Shown here: positions 14,672 through 29,470 of the stretch, in pieces
Numbering within the stretch: position 1 is the first letter of the stretch
How the letters are laid out: the number at the start of each line of letters is the position of its first letter
DNA from: Octopus vulgaris
Taxonomy: Eukaryota
Length of the DNA stretch: 64,000 nucleotides
Assembly: GCA_951406725.2 (NCBI GenBank)
Contig: OX597814.1
Coordinates: 112,406,001-112,470,000, forward strand
Direction of reading: 5' to 3'
Made by a program: the position numbers and the translations under genes
Notes under the pieces: model-generated
Seen by the model: only the letters and a program-made list of their open reading frames with translations
Told to the model about the DNA's origin: nothing
The model's database searches: none

Positions 14672-15130
14672 TGCTTCTCAGAGCTCTCGATTTTACTTGC
14701 TCCGGTTGTCAAAGGTCCCACAAAATCTCTTTCTACAAATTATAAAACTTGGTAATTAAACGTTACGTATCGTTGAAGATACTCAACACCCAAGTACCAA
14801 TCTCAAAATCCTTACTATCCCCAATAGAGCAGTTTTATGCTTTATGCTAATATCAATTCCAATTTCTCCGACATATTTCTCAAACTTGGTTAATAATACT
14901 CCGAGTGTCCCTACATCTACTGAGATGACAGTTACTCTTTCGTTACCTACATTCTTGCAATTTCGTCTTTTAGTAACATGTATTTTTCAACCTTCTCCAA
15001 TTCTTTGTCACGTACGCGTGTGCCCCAAGGTATGGTAATACTTTATTTCTTCCTCTATCCAGTACAACAATGTCTGGTCTTCGAGTGTTAATTAGTGAGT
15101 CACATTGGAATGTAAAATCCCACAAGACCT
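14672..15130 (-). mobile_element. Second R4/Dong-like RLE 3' fragment, related to 13850-14388
   Basis: Shares cttctcagagctctcgat...accaatctcaaaatcct...caatagagcag...caattccaatttctccgacatatttctc with the preceding copy. The minus strand gives VLWDFTFQCD. Flanked by (AAT)n. Confidence 0.8.
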
Positions 15131-15174
15131 TTATTAATTATTATTATTATCTTCCTTCCCCATATCCTAATAGT

Positions 15175-15389
15175 CTTTTCTTTTACTCTCTCTTTTACTT
15201 GTTTCAGTCATTTGACTGTGGCCATGCTGGAGCACCGCCTTTAGTCGGGCAAATCGACCCCAGGACTTATTCTTTATAAGCCTAGTACTTATTCTATCCG
15301 TTTCTTTTGCCGAACCGCTAAGTTACAGGGACGCAAACACGCCAGTATCGGTTGTCATGGGATGTTCGGGGGGGGGTGGACAAACACAG

Positions 15390-15457
<68 letters not shown>

Positions 15458-15637
15458 ACATATATACATATATACGACGGGCTTCTTTCAGTTTCCGTCT
15501 ACCAAATCCACTCACAAGGCTTTGGTGGGCCCGAAGCTATAGTAGAAGACACTTGCCCAAGGTGACATGCAGTGGGACTGAACTTGGAACCATGTGGTTC
15601 GTTAGCAAGCTACTTACCACACAGCCACTCCTGCGCC
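15175..15637 (-). mobile_element. SINE family A, full length
   Basis: Complete head, internal (TA)n and tail, as in the other copies. Confidence 0.92.
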
Positions 15638-15969
15638 TATATTTATTTTTTTCATTTTGCATCTTCTCGTGAAGGAATCTTATAAAGTCGGTCGGAGCTT
15701 ACCTAGGGTCTGAAGGCGATTAGTTTGAAAGTACAAGACTCACTTACACCCGAATTGGGCGCCAGTCCGTCGCAATGTTGACATCAGGTGACCCTTTCCA
15801 GTTGAGTATGCCCGAGCACCATGACAGAAGCTGTTTTACTCAAGAGCATAGAATAAAGCACTGCCTCAACCGAGAATCAAACACGTGAGCTCAACATTAC
15901 AAACCGGAAGAACCACGTACTTTCACCAACACTGAAGAGAAATATATATATATACATACATACATATAT

Positions 15970-16019
<50 letters not shown>

Positions 16020-16101
16020 ACACACACATATATATATATATTTATATAAGAAGAAATGGAAGAAGAAAAAAGAACGAGGACGAGAAGGAAGAGGAGAAAA
16101 A

Positions 16102-16156
<55 letters not shown>

Positions 16157-16256
16157 ACAGATTGAGTTCTATTGTGAGAAGAAGGAAGGAAATATAACAC
16201 TGACACCTTTTCAGAATCTCTGGAAAAAACAAAAAGAATCAAAACAGCAGCAGCAG

Positions 16257-16288
<32 letters not shown>

Positions 16289-16580
16289 GCAACAATAACA
16301 GAATCGGCAGTTGCATATAGAAAGATTTATTAATTCCAAATTACTTATACACACTCGGAAAATTCTAGATTCAAATGGAAACATATTTAAATTTAAAACT
16401 TAATCGAAATGAAATGAAATAAAATTTTAAAAAAACTAACGAAGATGTCTTCCTTAAAGAACTTCAATCAAATTGTTCGCAGATAACACGAATACATTGA
16501 CAGGTGAAAGCAGTAAATATATTTTGATATATTTTGTCTCGCAGAAGTCATCATTAATCTTATAGTCAACATACAGACAC

Positions 16581-16664
<84 letters not shown>

Positions 16665-16677
16665 GTTTATGTATCCA

Positions 16678-17443
16678 AGGCGGCGAGCTGGCAGAAACGT
16701 TATCACGCCGGGCGAAATGCTTAATGGTCTTTCGTCTGCTGTTACGTTCTGAGTTCAAATTCCGCCAAGGTCCACTTTGTCTTTCATCCTTTCGGGGTCG
16801 ATAAATTAAGTACCAGTTACGCACTGGGGTCGATGTAATCGACTTAATCCGTTTGTCCGTCCTTGTTTGTCCCCTCTATGTTTAGCCACTTGTGGGCAAT
16901 AAAGAAATAAGAAACGTTAGCGCTCCGGGCTAAATACTTAGCCGTATTTCGTTTGCCGGTACGTTCTGAGTTCAAATTCCGCCGAGGTCGACTTTGCCTT
17001 TCATTCCTTCGGGGTCGATAAATTAAGTACCAGTTACGCACTGGGGTCGATGTAATCGACTTAATCCGTTTGTCTGTCCTTGTTTGTCCTCTCCGTGTTT
17101 AGCCCCTTGTGGGTAGTAAAGAAATAGGTTTTTCGTCTGCCGTTACGTTTTGAATTCAAATTCCACCGAGGTCGACTTTGCCTTTCATCCTTTCGGGGTC
17201 GATTAAATAAGTACCAGTTACGCACTGGGGTCGATGTAATCGACTTAATCCGTTTGTCTGTCCTTGTTTGTCCCCTCTATGTTTAGCCCCTTGTGGGTAG
17301 TAAAGAAATAGGTATTTCGTCTGTCTTTATGCTTTGAGTTCAAATTCCGCCGAGGTCGACTTTGCCTTTCATCCTTTCGTGGTCGATAAATTAAATTACG
17401 GTTGCATACTGGATCGATCCTTGTGCCTAGAGTAAAAAAGAAT
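16678..17443 (+). mobile_element. Head-to-tail tetramer of SINE family B
   Basis: Four units (about 16678-16910, 16911-17128, 17129-17312, 17313-17443). Each carries variants of gttcaaattccgccgaggtcgactttgcctttcatcctttcggggtcgataaattaag. Confidence 0.92.
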
Positions 17444-19054
17444 ATCTATCTGTGTCTGTCTATCTATTTACATACATATACATACTAGCTATGTATCTCG
17501 TCATGGCCAGGTCATTTTCACAGTAGAATGTTTCAACGGACTTTCGGAATAGCATGCCTATATATGTTGGATTTTCTCCGTTTTGACGGGGAATTTCAAT
17601 TTTTTTTTCACTACACCCTTGCAAATGACGTTGGGGGTATTTTTTATGAGAAGAAATTTTTGAAAATTTATGAATCCCACCTCCCACCTACTTCGTCCAT
17701 TTTTGTTTTTTTCTTTCTGAACATTTACGAATTTTTTTACCCCGCCCCTCTCCTGCTCAGTACAGATCTTGGCCAAATTTTTTGTGCACTACGAACTGAA
17801 AAACGATGGGAGAAGCTTTGAAAACTGAAAAAATATTGCAAGGACGGAACAAAAAACGGAGAAATGGTACACAAATACAAATAACAGGACATTAACAACA
17901 GGTGTCTTTCGACTAAGGACGAATTAAATTAAGCTGGTATGTGTGGAAGTAAAGCCTTACGGCAGGGACATTTGATTTGACAGGCACAGGGAGGAATATA
18001 GATATTGCATGGATGGTAGTCGAACCAAGAAAGACAGGTCAGGCTTGGCCTAACACAGGTCACGTGGGGAGAGAAAAGAGAGACGTAGAGGCAGAGGGAT
18101 AGAAGAATGAAGATGGGCGAGTAGAAAATGAAAGGGACAGAATGAAGTGAAAGAGGAGAGAAAGTGAGCATGAAGAGAAGGCCAGGAAATGTGAGAGAGG
18201 GAAAACGAAAGAATGAAGAGTGGAATGAACGAAGTAAGGGTGAAGGGACTAATAGAAAGAAGGAAAGAATGAAAGAATAGAAAGAAAAATAGGGTCGTAC
18301 AAAATTTAGATATGTATATACTTACATATAAGATACCACACTTTGGTCTCTCTCTCTCTCTCTCTCACTCTCTCTTTATATATATATATATATATATATA
18401 TTAATATATATTAATATATATATATATATATATATATATGGATGCGCTGCGTCCATGTGCAGTGCACGTGTATATGCATATATATGCGCGCGCGCGCGCG
18501 TGTGTGTATTATGTAGGTATGTATATTTATGTCTATATATAAGTTTGTAGTATTACAGAATACGTAAAAGCGAGCTCCTGGGCGAATAATATGCTGAATA
18601 GTCAATGAAACAATAAGGATTCCTTTTTGCTGACCCGGCATGAAACCTTGTATATATAACAAACATATTGCATGTTATAATATATACATGCGTGTGTTTG
18701 TTTAGAGTAGAGATGCAATTTTAAAGGGGAGGAATTTACAAACAAATCATCGTTTAGGGTACGTCTCGTGGGGTTTGCAACATGTAAAAGGTTTTAATTA
18801 ATTATTAAATCGTGTCAGTTTCAATTAAAATCATGCATTGTGTAATATAATGTTATGTGTGTATGTATATGCATGTGTAAGTGTGTGTTTATGTATGAGG
18901 TGGGGACGTATGTCTCGTTCGTTGCTTCTGTGTATAGACTATACTGACTCATACGCACACAAGAATGCACATAAACCTATACACACATACATGTATATGC
19001 ATGTAAGTGTATTTACATGCATATATGTGTGTGTGCGTGTGTGTGTGTGTGTGT

Positions 19055-19325
19055 GGAGGCGCAATGGCCCAGTGGTTAGGGCAGTGGACTCGCGGTTGTA
19101 GGATCACGGTTTCGATCCCCGGACTGGCCGTTGTGAGGCTCTGGCAGGGGGTGTTGGCGATCCCTGCTGTACTCTTTCGCCACAACCTTCTCACACCCTT
19201 TCTTCTGTTGGCCTGCTCGCTTAGCCAGCGGGGTGGTGTCATTTGAAGGCTAAAAGAATGCGAAGCGCATTGTGACCAGCGATGTGTAGCAACATCTGAT
19301 AGCCTGGTCGGTCACGGTGATCACG

Positions 19326-19330
<5 letters not shown>
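19055..19330 (+). mobile_element. tRNA-headed SINE (family C head) with RTE-derived 3' tail
   Basis: Head ggaggcgcaatggcccagtggttagggcag...gtttcgatccc. Tail tgtgaccagcgatg...ctggtcggtcacggtgatcacggtgat matches the RTE end at 60812-60872. Confidence 0.88.
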
Positions 19331-19370
<40 letters not shown>

Positions 19371-19664
19371 GAACATATATGTACTCACATGCATGTTTCT
19401 ATATATATATGCATGTATGTATGTATGTACAGTCATGATGTTTTATTTGCAAATATTTCTACGCGCAAAATAATGTGTGTGTAATTTGTTCTGGAAAAAT
19501 AAAGGTAATATTTATTCGGCATCAACACATATAAAGTCAAACGTGTACATATAAAGGTGACCTCGGCGGGATTTGAAACCAAACTGTAAAGAATTAGAAC
19601 AAATACAGCAAGACATTGTTTCCTCGTTCTGACAATCTTCTAGCACACACACAAACACACAGCT

Positions 19665-19984
19665 GGCACTCCGTCGGTTACGACGATGAGGGTCCCAGCT
19701 GATACGATCAACGGAACAGCTTCCTTGTGAAATTAACGTGCAAGTGGCTGAACAATCCACAGAAAACGTATCCACCTAACATAGTTCACAGAGAGATTCA
19801 GCGTGACACAGTGTGTGACAAGGCTGGGCCCTTTTGAAATACAGGTGCAACTCATTTTTGCCAGCTGAGTGGACTGGAGCAATGTGAAATAAAGTGCCTT
19901 GCTCAGGGACACAAAGCGTTGCCGGGATTTGAACTTACGACCTTACGATCGTGAGCCGAATACCCTAACCACTAAGCCACGCGA
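19665..19984 (-). mobile_element. tRNA-headed SINE (family D)
   Basis: Minus-strand head gtggcttagtggttagggtattcgg...agttcaaatcccgg and core tgtgtccctgagcaaggcactttatttcac. The tail is shared with 60650-60792, 61900-62031 and 10120-10158. Confidence 0.88.
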
Positions 19985-20036
<52 letters not shown>

Positions 20037-20159
20037 GTTATAATAATAATATCAAATCAGATAGTGATATTTTTTAAATAACTTAACATGCACATTTCAG
20101 ATTTGCTTAATAAGAAGTGCATGCATTGCGTATGACCATCTTCAGTTAAAACATTTCCA

Positions 20160-20288
<129 letters not shown>

Positions 20289-20321
20289 GTATGTACATAT
20301 ACATACTCTCACATACACATA

Positions 20322-20590
20322 TTCTTTTATTCTTTTACTTGTTTCAGTCATGTGACTGCGGTCATGCTGGAGTAATACCTTTAGTCGAACAAATCAACCC
20401 CAGGACTTATTCATTGTAAGCCTATTACTTATTCTATCGTTCTCTTTTTACCGAACAACTAAGTTACAGGGATGTAAACACACCACCATCGGTTGTCAAA
20501 TGATGGTGGGGTGACAAACACACACACACAAATATATACATACATTCATTCGTCCTCGCGTTGTTTTTTGTGTTTGTTCTTTTTGGGGAT

Positions 20591-20639
<49 letters not shown>

Positions 20640-20796
20640 GACGGGTTTCTTTCAATCTCCGTGTACCAAATCCACTCACAAGGCTTTGATCGTCCTGAGG
20701 CTATAGCAGAAGACACTCGCCGAAGGCTCCACGCAGTCGCACTGAACTCGGAATCATGTGGTTGGGAAGCAAGCTTCTTACCATACAGCCACGCCT
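20322..20796 (-). mobile_element. SINE family A with a small extra insert in its internal microsatellite
   Basis: Full head and tail. Non-family sequence lies at about 20545-20595 inside the (CA)/(TA) tract. Confidence 0.85.
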
Positions 20797-21121
20797 AAAT
20801 AGAGAGAAGGAGAGAGAGAGAGAGAGACAGAGAGAGACAGAGAGAGCTGATAGTGAGGGATTATCAATCTAGGTAAAATAGTCCTTAAGATCTCTGTTGG
20901 GAATACCTGGTCAAGAATACTGTTTACAATAGTGAAGAACTTCATGTTATCGTTCATCACTATTCGATATTGTAAACCCATGGTTGGGCTCCAATCAAAC
21001 TAGTCTTATATATCACAGAATGGTATATAAAACAATGTATAAATAAGGGTCATTAGATATTTTCCTTTATTGGAGCGAATTCGGCTTACAGGTGTTTCCA
21101 GTAGTCATTATAGACACTGAC

Positions 21122-21312
21122 TGTAGGTAATGATTACAGGTACTGATTATAGGTACTGGTAGGTAATTTAGAGGCATTCGTAGGCACATTATTATTACTG
21201 GTAGGTACATTATAGGTACTAGTTGGTACATTATAGGTACTGGTACTGATACGTACATTATAGGTACTGGTAGGTACATTATAGGTACTGATAAGTACAT
21301 TATAGGGACTGG
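21122..21312. repeat. 21-bp minisatellite, consensus about GGTACATTATAGGTACTGGTA, roughly 8-9 degenerate units
   Basis: Repeated gtacattataggtactggtag. It translates as VPIMYL repeats on the minus strand. Confidence 0.9.
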
Positions 21313-21387
21313 ACGTCTATGTTCGCGGAAATTCGGAAATCCCATAAATAGATAGATAGATAGATAGATATAGATAGATAGAGAGAT

Positions 21388-21438
<51 letters not shown>

Positions 21439-21467
21439 TAGATAGATTGATAGATAGATAGATAGAT

Positions 21468-21538
<71 letters not shown>

Positions 21539-21757
21539 AAATGGAATGAATGACACATTTTATGAGTGCCTGTGCCTGTCTCCTCGCGCGTGCGCACGCA
21601 TAGTAGGAAAGGTGTGTATATGAGTGCGTATTTTTGTGCACTTAGTAAAGAAATTGACTTAGCTCGTCATGTATATTCAATAGCAAAGCGCTCTACAGGG
21701 ATTTACCCGAATCTCATTTACCCACACACGCAAACACATACATATATATATACATAC

Positions 21758-21850
<93 letters not shown>

Positions 21851-21896
21851 TACATATGCTCATACGTGCACATACATTCATATATGTATATATACG

Positions 21897-21932
<36 letters not shown>

Positions 21933-22091
21933 TAAATACAGATATATAAACTAATACATATGTATGTATATATATGTGTGTGTGTGTATCTATGCACATA
22001 CACATATATATACATATATGTGCATATATATGTATGTATGTGTATGTATATATATAAATATATATATATACATATGTATATACATACATAC

Positions 22092-22131
<40 letters not shown>

Positions 22132-23145
22132 GCACATTACAATCCACATAAGAATTACAGCATTGAATATTTATACACACAAACTGCACATACATAAAAC
22201 TTGTGGTTGTTTAGGCATTAGGCGAGGATTGTTTATTGTTTGCATATGAATGTACGTGACCTCGTGCTTGCTAACAAACCAGACTATCAGTCAAAAACAT
22301 CCCACGAACATGCAGGGAACAAGCATTCATCCAAACATATTACTCATTAAAATATTGAACTTTTAATCAAATCACATGGAAACATTAGAAATATACGACG
22401 TCTCCCTGCTTTTTCGTTCTTCTCAAATCCTCCCTTGTTACAACAGCCACCATTATTGCTAACGGTATCAAAACGATAATTATTTATTTAGCAGTGTCTT
22501 GTAACATGGGATTTTGTTCTTGAATTCTTGGAGTCTTGAACTCCCTTGTATGTTTGTGACATTGTGCTACATTTGCGCTACATTGTGTTATGTTTCCTGT
22601 CTGGTCACGTGATCAGAGGAGAACATAGCGAACTCCCACCAGCAAAAACGGTTTGTAATCTAAACCGAAGCTGTGGGAGATTTGTGGATGAAGATGGTAC
22701 AACTTTATGGAAGAAATCTATAAACTTTACTTACACAGATGTATATGTAACTTATAAACACGTGATGGATTTATACACAAATGCACTTATACACAAACAC
22801 ACCCTCACACATATATATAAAATGAATACACACGTGTGTACCTTCATACATATATATGCACAAACACATACACACATATATATGTATAGATATACCTATA
22901 CACGCACACACACACATATATATATATGATGAATACACACGTGTGAACTTTCATACATATATGTGCACACACACATATGTATAAATATATCTATACACGA
23001 ACACACACACACACACACATATATATACTTTCATTATATACACACATATGTAGCTTAATAAATATCCCGTTGATTTATCGATGTCTTTCTTTAATCGTAG
23101 ATCTCTTGTTTATTCTGAGTTCCAAAGAATCCAGTAAATCAGGAT

Positions 23146-24290
23146 ATGTTTGTATGTATGTATGTGTGTATGTATGTACGTATGTATGTGTGTATGTATG
23201 TATGTATGTATGTATGTATGTATGTATGTATGTATGCATGTATGTGTGTATGTATGTATGTATGTATGTATGTATGCATGCATGCAAGTATGCATGTATG
23301 TATGTATGTATGTATGTATGTATGTATGTATGTATGTATATGTATGTATGTATGTATTTATGTGCAGATATGTATGTATGTGTGTGTGTATGTATGTATG
23401 TATGTATGTATGTATGTATGTATGTATGTATGTATATGTATGTATGTATGTATTTATTTGCAGATATGTATGTATGTATGTATGTATGCATGCATGCATG
23501 TATGTGTGCATGTATGTATGTATGTATGTATGTATGTATGCATGTATGTATGTATGCATGCATGCATGTATGTATGTGTAAATGTATGTATGTAAGTATG
23601 TATGTATGTGTGTATGTATGTATGTACGTATGTATGTATGTATGTATTTATGTATGTATGTATGTATGCATGCATGTATGTACGTATGTATGTATGCATG
23701 TATGTATGTACGTACGTATGTATGTATTTATGCATTATGTATGTATGCATGTATGCATGCATGTATGTATGTATGTACGTATGTATGTATTTATGTATTT
23801 ATGTATGTATGTATGCGTATGTATGTATGTATGTGTGTATGCATGCATGTATGTATGTATGTATGTATGTATGCATGTATGTATGCATGCATGTATGTAT
23901 GTATGCATGTATGTACGTATGTATGTATGTATTTATGTATTTATGTATGTATGTATGCGTATGTATGTATGTGTGTATGCATGCATGCATGTATGCATGT
24001 ATGTATATATGTATGCATTCATGTATGTATGCATGCATGTATGTATGTATGCATGTATGTATGCATGCATGCATGTATGTATGCATATATGTACGTATGT
24101 ATGTGTGTATGTATGTATGCATGCATGTATTTATGTATGCATGTTTGGATGTATGTATGCATATATGCATGTATGTATGCTTGCATGTATGTAGGCACGT
24201 GTGTGTATGTGTGTCTGGCTGTCTGTCTCTATGCATGTATGTACGTTTGTGTGTGCATGTGTATTTGTATGTATGTATAAATGTACGTAT
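23146..24290. repeat. 1.1-kb degenerate (TATG/CATG)n tetranucleotide array
   Basis: Directly visible. It is the source of the MYVC/HTYI ORFs. Confidence 0.97.
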
Positions 24291-24644
24291 TAGAATAGGT
24301 GTTCGTGTACAGAACAGGTAAGCGTATATATACATATGTCGGCCCGTGTACATGTGTGTATAGAAGGTACCTTATTTCATGCAAAGCCTCCGGACCGTAT
24401 GTTTTTGTTTGGGATTTATTTTCTGCTTTGCTTTTGATATATTAATTTTGGGGAAAGCGTTTGCACCTTACTGTCTTCGTAGTTCATCTGAGAACATTGT
24501 ACCACGTTTGTTTGTTTATATTCCAGATCTCTACCTGGAATGACTGTCGAGTATCCTGGGAATGAGCTATATGGAGCATGAAGATGTGACATTTTGTGCA
24601 ACTAGCGACTTTAGTGCAAACTTGTGACTGACAGTTTTACGTTA

Positions 24645-24859
24645 TTCTTTACTCGTTACTCTTTTGTTTCAGTCCTTTGATTGCAGCCATGCTGGAGCAC
24701 CACCTTTTAGTCGAGCAAATCGACCCCAGGACTTAATCTTTGTAAGCCTAGTACTTATTCTATCGGTCTATTTTGCCGAACCGCTAAGTTATGGGGACGT
24801 AAACACACCACCATCGGTTGTCAGACACACAAACACACACACAGACACACACATACACA

Positions 24860-24902
<43 letters not shown>

Positions 24903-25092
24903 CTATATATATATATATATATATACATATATACGACAGGCTTCTTTCAGTTTCCATCTACCAAATCCAATCATAAGGCTTTGGTCGGCCCGAGGATATA
25001 GTAGAAGACACTTGCCCAAGGTGCCACGCAATGGGACGGAACCCGGAACTATTTGGCTGGTAAGCAATCTACTTACCACACAGCCACTCCTG
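24645..25092 (-). mobile_element. SINE family A, near full length
   Basis: Head, internal (CA)/(TA) tract and tail. Confidence 0.9.
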
Positions 25093-25864
25093 TGTTCTCG
25101 AAATTTTTTTACAAAAGCTAAGTTTTTCACTCGCAGCTAGCTTGCTCGGCAGTGTTTCAAGTTGACACTTCCATGAACCTTAGATAATCCGCCACAGAAC
25201 TGCCGCAGTTGGCCCATGAATTTATAATTTATTTTGCTTTATATTTTCCCAAGTCTATCTATGCGTCTGGAAAAAGCTAATCCATTTTGGTTGTTTTCGT
25301 TTTCCCGTTTAGATCAACACTTGTTACTCTTCATCTCTGTTAGTTATTCCTTAGCTACCTGGTCCATCATCTGTAATCTCAGCTCGGTTGGTCTTTTATG
25401 GATCAGTGTCCTATTTGTTCTCTTTAGTAATTGTTTATTGATAGAAATGGTGCGATTTTGTTGGAATATAATTGTCCTTTCGGTATGTATACATGTATGT
25501 CAGGATTGCTTCGATGCATGTATTTTCAGATATATTGATTTTGACAGACATTTTATACCTTTTTCGCTATCTAAATAAGATGGCACAATAAAAATGGTTG
25601 TCGATAACGTATGATGTATTCACCAATCAAAAATGTGATCTTTTCTCCATTCTTACTCGCGACCTATACGCAAAATTTCTTGAAATTCTTCTAAGCAATA
25701 TTTAGATCTACTTTTCATGTATGAAGAATCACCTTGCATGTTTATTGTAATCACATTAATTGGTACCTAATTGTTGGATGTAATTAACCAAATTCGTTGA
25801 ACATTGAACGCTTTATCGATAACTTCTTGGCTTTATTAATCCTTTTTACTTAATTTACAAACAT

Positions 25865-26007
25865 GGTAAGTAGCTTGCTTACCAACCACATGTTTCTGGG
25901 TTCCGTCCCACTGCTGGCACCTTGTGCAAGTGTCTTCTGCTGTAGCCTCGGGCCGACCAAACCATTGTGAGTGGATTTGGTAGACGGAAACTGAAAGAAG
26001 CCCGTCA
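25865..26007 (+). mobile_element. SINE family A head half, ending at (TA)n
   Basis: ggtaagtagcttgcttaccaaccacatg...gaaagaagcccgtc. Confidence 0.88.
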
Positions 26008-26018
26008 TATGTATATAC

Positions 26019-26110
<92 letters not shown>

Positions 26111-26145
26111 GTATATATATATATATATATATACATATATATATA

Positions 26146-26657
<512 letters not shown>

Positions 26658-26659
26658 GT

Positions 26660-26840
26660 TTATATGTTTGTGTGTCTGTGTTCGTCCCCCAACCATCGTT
26701 TGACAATCGATGTTGGTGTGTTTAGGTCCTCATAACTTAGCGGTTCAGCAAAAGAGATCGCTAGAATAAGTACTACGCGGTGTTCCAGCATAGCCGAAGT
26801 CAAATTACTGAAAAAGATAAAATAATAAAAGAATAAAAGA
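26660..26840 (+). mobile_element. SINE family A tail half
   Basis: tgtgtctgtgttcgtccccc...tgacaatcgatgttggtgtg...ccagcatagccgaagtcaaattactgaaa. Confidence 0.8.
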
Positions 26841-27643
26841 AGATATGCATGCATAGATACATCCACACACATACACATACACACACATGCACACACACAC
26901 ACACTTTTATAGTGAAAAAATAAGTTCAAAAGAGAACAATTCAAACTCTTTGAGAGGTCCAAAAGAAGAGAAAGAATGATTTTTAATAAAGATTCGACAT
27001 ATTCATAAAAAGCAGCCAGAGCAAGTAATAAGAATATGAAAATAGTAATTGAAAAATATCGCTATAGGTATAAATATACCATAAACAATTATAGAAAAAT
27101 GGAGGAGAAAAAGATGTTGAATCAAAATTAGATTTGATACAAAATAGGATTCAATACATACGCACGTTTCAAAGGACAATACAAATATGTAAGAAAATAA
27201 TTATAACCGTAGTAATTATTATTAAATACATGCCTTGTCATTTTCATCTGTGTGAGGAATTTTTGTAAGGACATCAAAAACGGTTTAATAAAATAAAGTA
27301 AAGTAGAATAAAGGAGAATACAAATACTAGGGAAAAAGTCGGATATTTACAAGGAAGTTGTAAAAGGGGGAAAATGAGAGTAATAATAATAGTAAGAGAG
27401 ACGAAAGAGAAAAACAAACATATCAATGTATATGCACGTCTATATGTGCCGTAAACTATAACATAAAAATAAAAATAAAAAGCTAATGGGTATGTTTTTA
27501 AAAAATGGTAACAGGTCGAGACAAAGTATAATAAACAGAGCTACGTGTGCATAGTAGAATAGCATAAAATATAGCGTAACAGGTGGACTAGTAGAGAAAA
27601 AACCTTAGAGAGTTATACCTATACATATCAATATTGAAAACCG

Positions 27644-27695
<52 letters not shown>

Positions 27696-28364
27696 CACGA
27701 GGCTAAAAAGTGATGGGCAAGACTATGTTTGAAAAAGTGACAATGTTAAAGTAAAAATGTACATACATGCAGAGAGAAAAACCAAAGAGAACTTAACAAG
27801 GAAAAAGCATCGATCAGACAAGACCGGCCGGTGTAATCAAGATATATATATGCAACATGTTAAACGTATTGGCAGTTAAGTTTCATGCGAGCAAATTTAT
27901 ATAGAAAACTAAAGAAAATGCTTTGGAGACGTTATGGTAAAAAAAAAAGGAAGGTAAATTATTGACTTTTTTTTACAACCGGTTTCAATTGTTAAAAGTT
28001 TATAGTCATGCAAATATAAATAAAAGGAAATGAATTCAAATAATTAAGTGAGACTTTCATTACAGCAATTTAGGAATTTAACGTCATGTTTCTCTTACAA
28101 AATTTACATGGCACTTGTTGATGGTATCCGTTTGAGATGGATTGTGCTGGAGAAGACACTCTTGGCCTTTGAGTTAGTTATGTGAATCTCTGCAGATGAA
28201 AAAATAAAGATATTTCCATGTATTGAGTTCCATTTCACTTGCTTGTGTATATATGTTATTTGTCTCTCTCTCTCTCTCTTCTGCATTTGGCTCATTTCTC
28301 TCTGAGTCAAACATATATCTCAGCGATATATATGTATATATATGCGATATGTGTGTGTATACAT

Positions 28365-28454
<90 letters not shown>

Positions 28455-28908
28455 ACATGTATATATACATACAAATGATTGTATTTGTGTCTCTACATAT
28501 ATATATATAAATGGGTGGGTGTGTTCGTGTGCGTGCATGTGCGTATTTGTGTAATGCATGTGTGTATGCATGTGTGTATGTGTATGTATGTGCATGTGTA
28601 AAACGAGAAATTAGAAGTCAAATCGAAAATAAAGCGTGCCTACCCGCTGCGCCAGACTGTAACCGCTAATGCTGACTGATATTGATACTTCAATGAGTTG
28701 ATTCAATGTCTGAGCAGCGGAGACATTCCAAACAGGAACCTCCAGCCGACCAGCAGCTATTATACGTTTTACTAAATTATTTTACTTATTTGGAGGATTT
28801 CTTTTTCTTTTCTTTCTTTCATTTTTACACACAGGATTTCTGGATCAGTTGTTTACCGAACGAATTGTGAGATCTGTTGAGAAAGCGGTGCACGCATAAA
28901 TACAGAAA

Positions 28909-28942
<34 letters not shown>

Positions 28943-29082
28943 TGTTTGTGTGCATATGTGAATATATACATATATACATACACATATACATTTATATATA
29001 TGTGCGTATATATGCATTTATATATATATACATGTATATATATAGGTCTATGTATATATATATGTATGTATATTGACAAATA

Positions 29083-29125
<43 letters not shown>

Positions 29126-29126
29126 G

Positions 29127-29224
<98 letters not shown>

Positions 29225-29395
29225 GGAGTGTGTGAGAGGGAGAGAGAGAGGGAAATATATAGACATAAATGTACGCATATTTACATTTGTCACCCCCTTC
29301 GAAATAGCTCTTAACTGTGGTTTGGATATTGACTGTTTCTTCTAGCATGTAAGGTGTCCTGTTCGAGATCACCTCTTTTGTGTATAAATGTACAC

Positions 29396-29470
<75 letters not shown>

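Noticed and set aside
16678-17443. CRISPR-like or retrozyme reading of the tandem array
   Set aside because: There are no unique spacers, the units are SINE bodies, and I found no hammerhead core on either strand.
28640-28760. Possible minus-strand exon in unique sequence
   Set aside because: Weak splice sites and no recognisable peptide.
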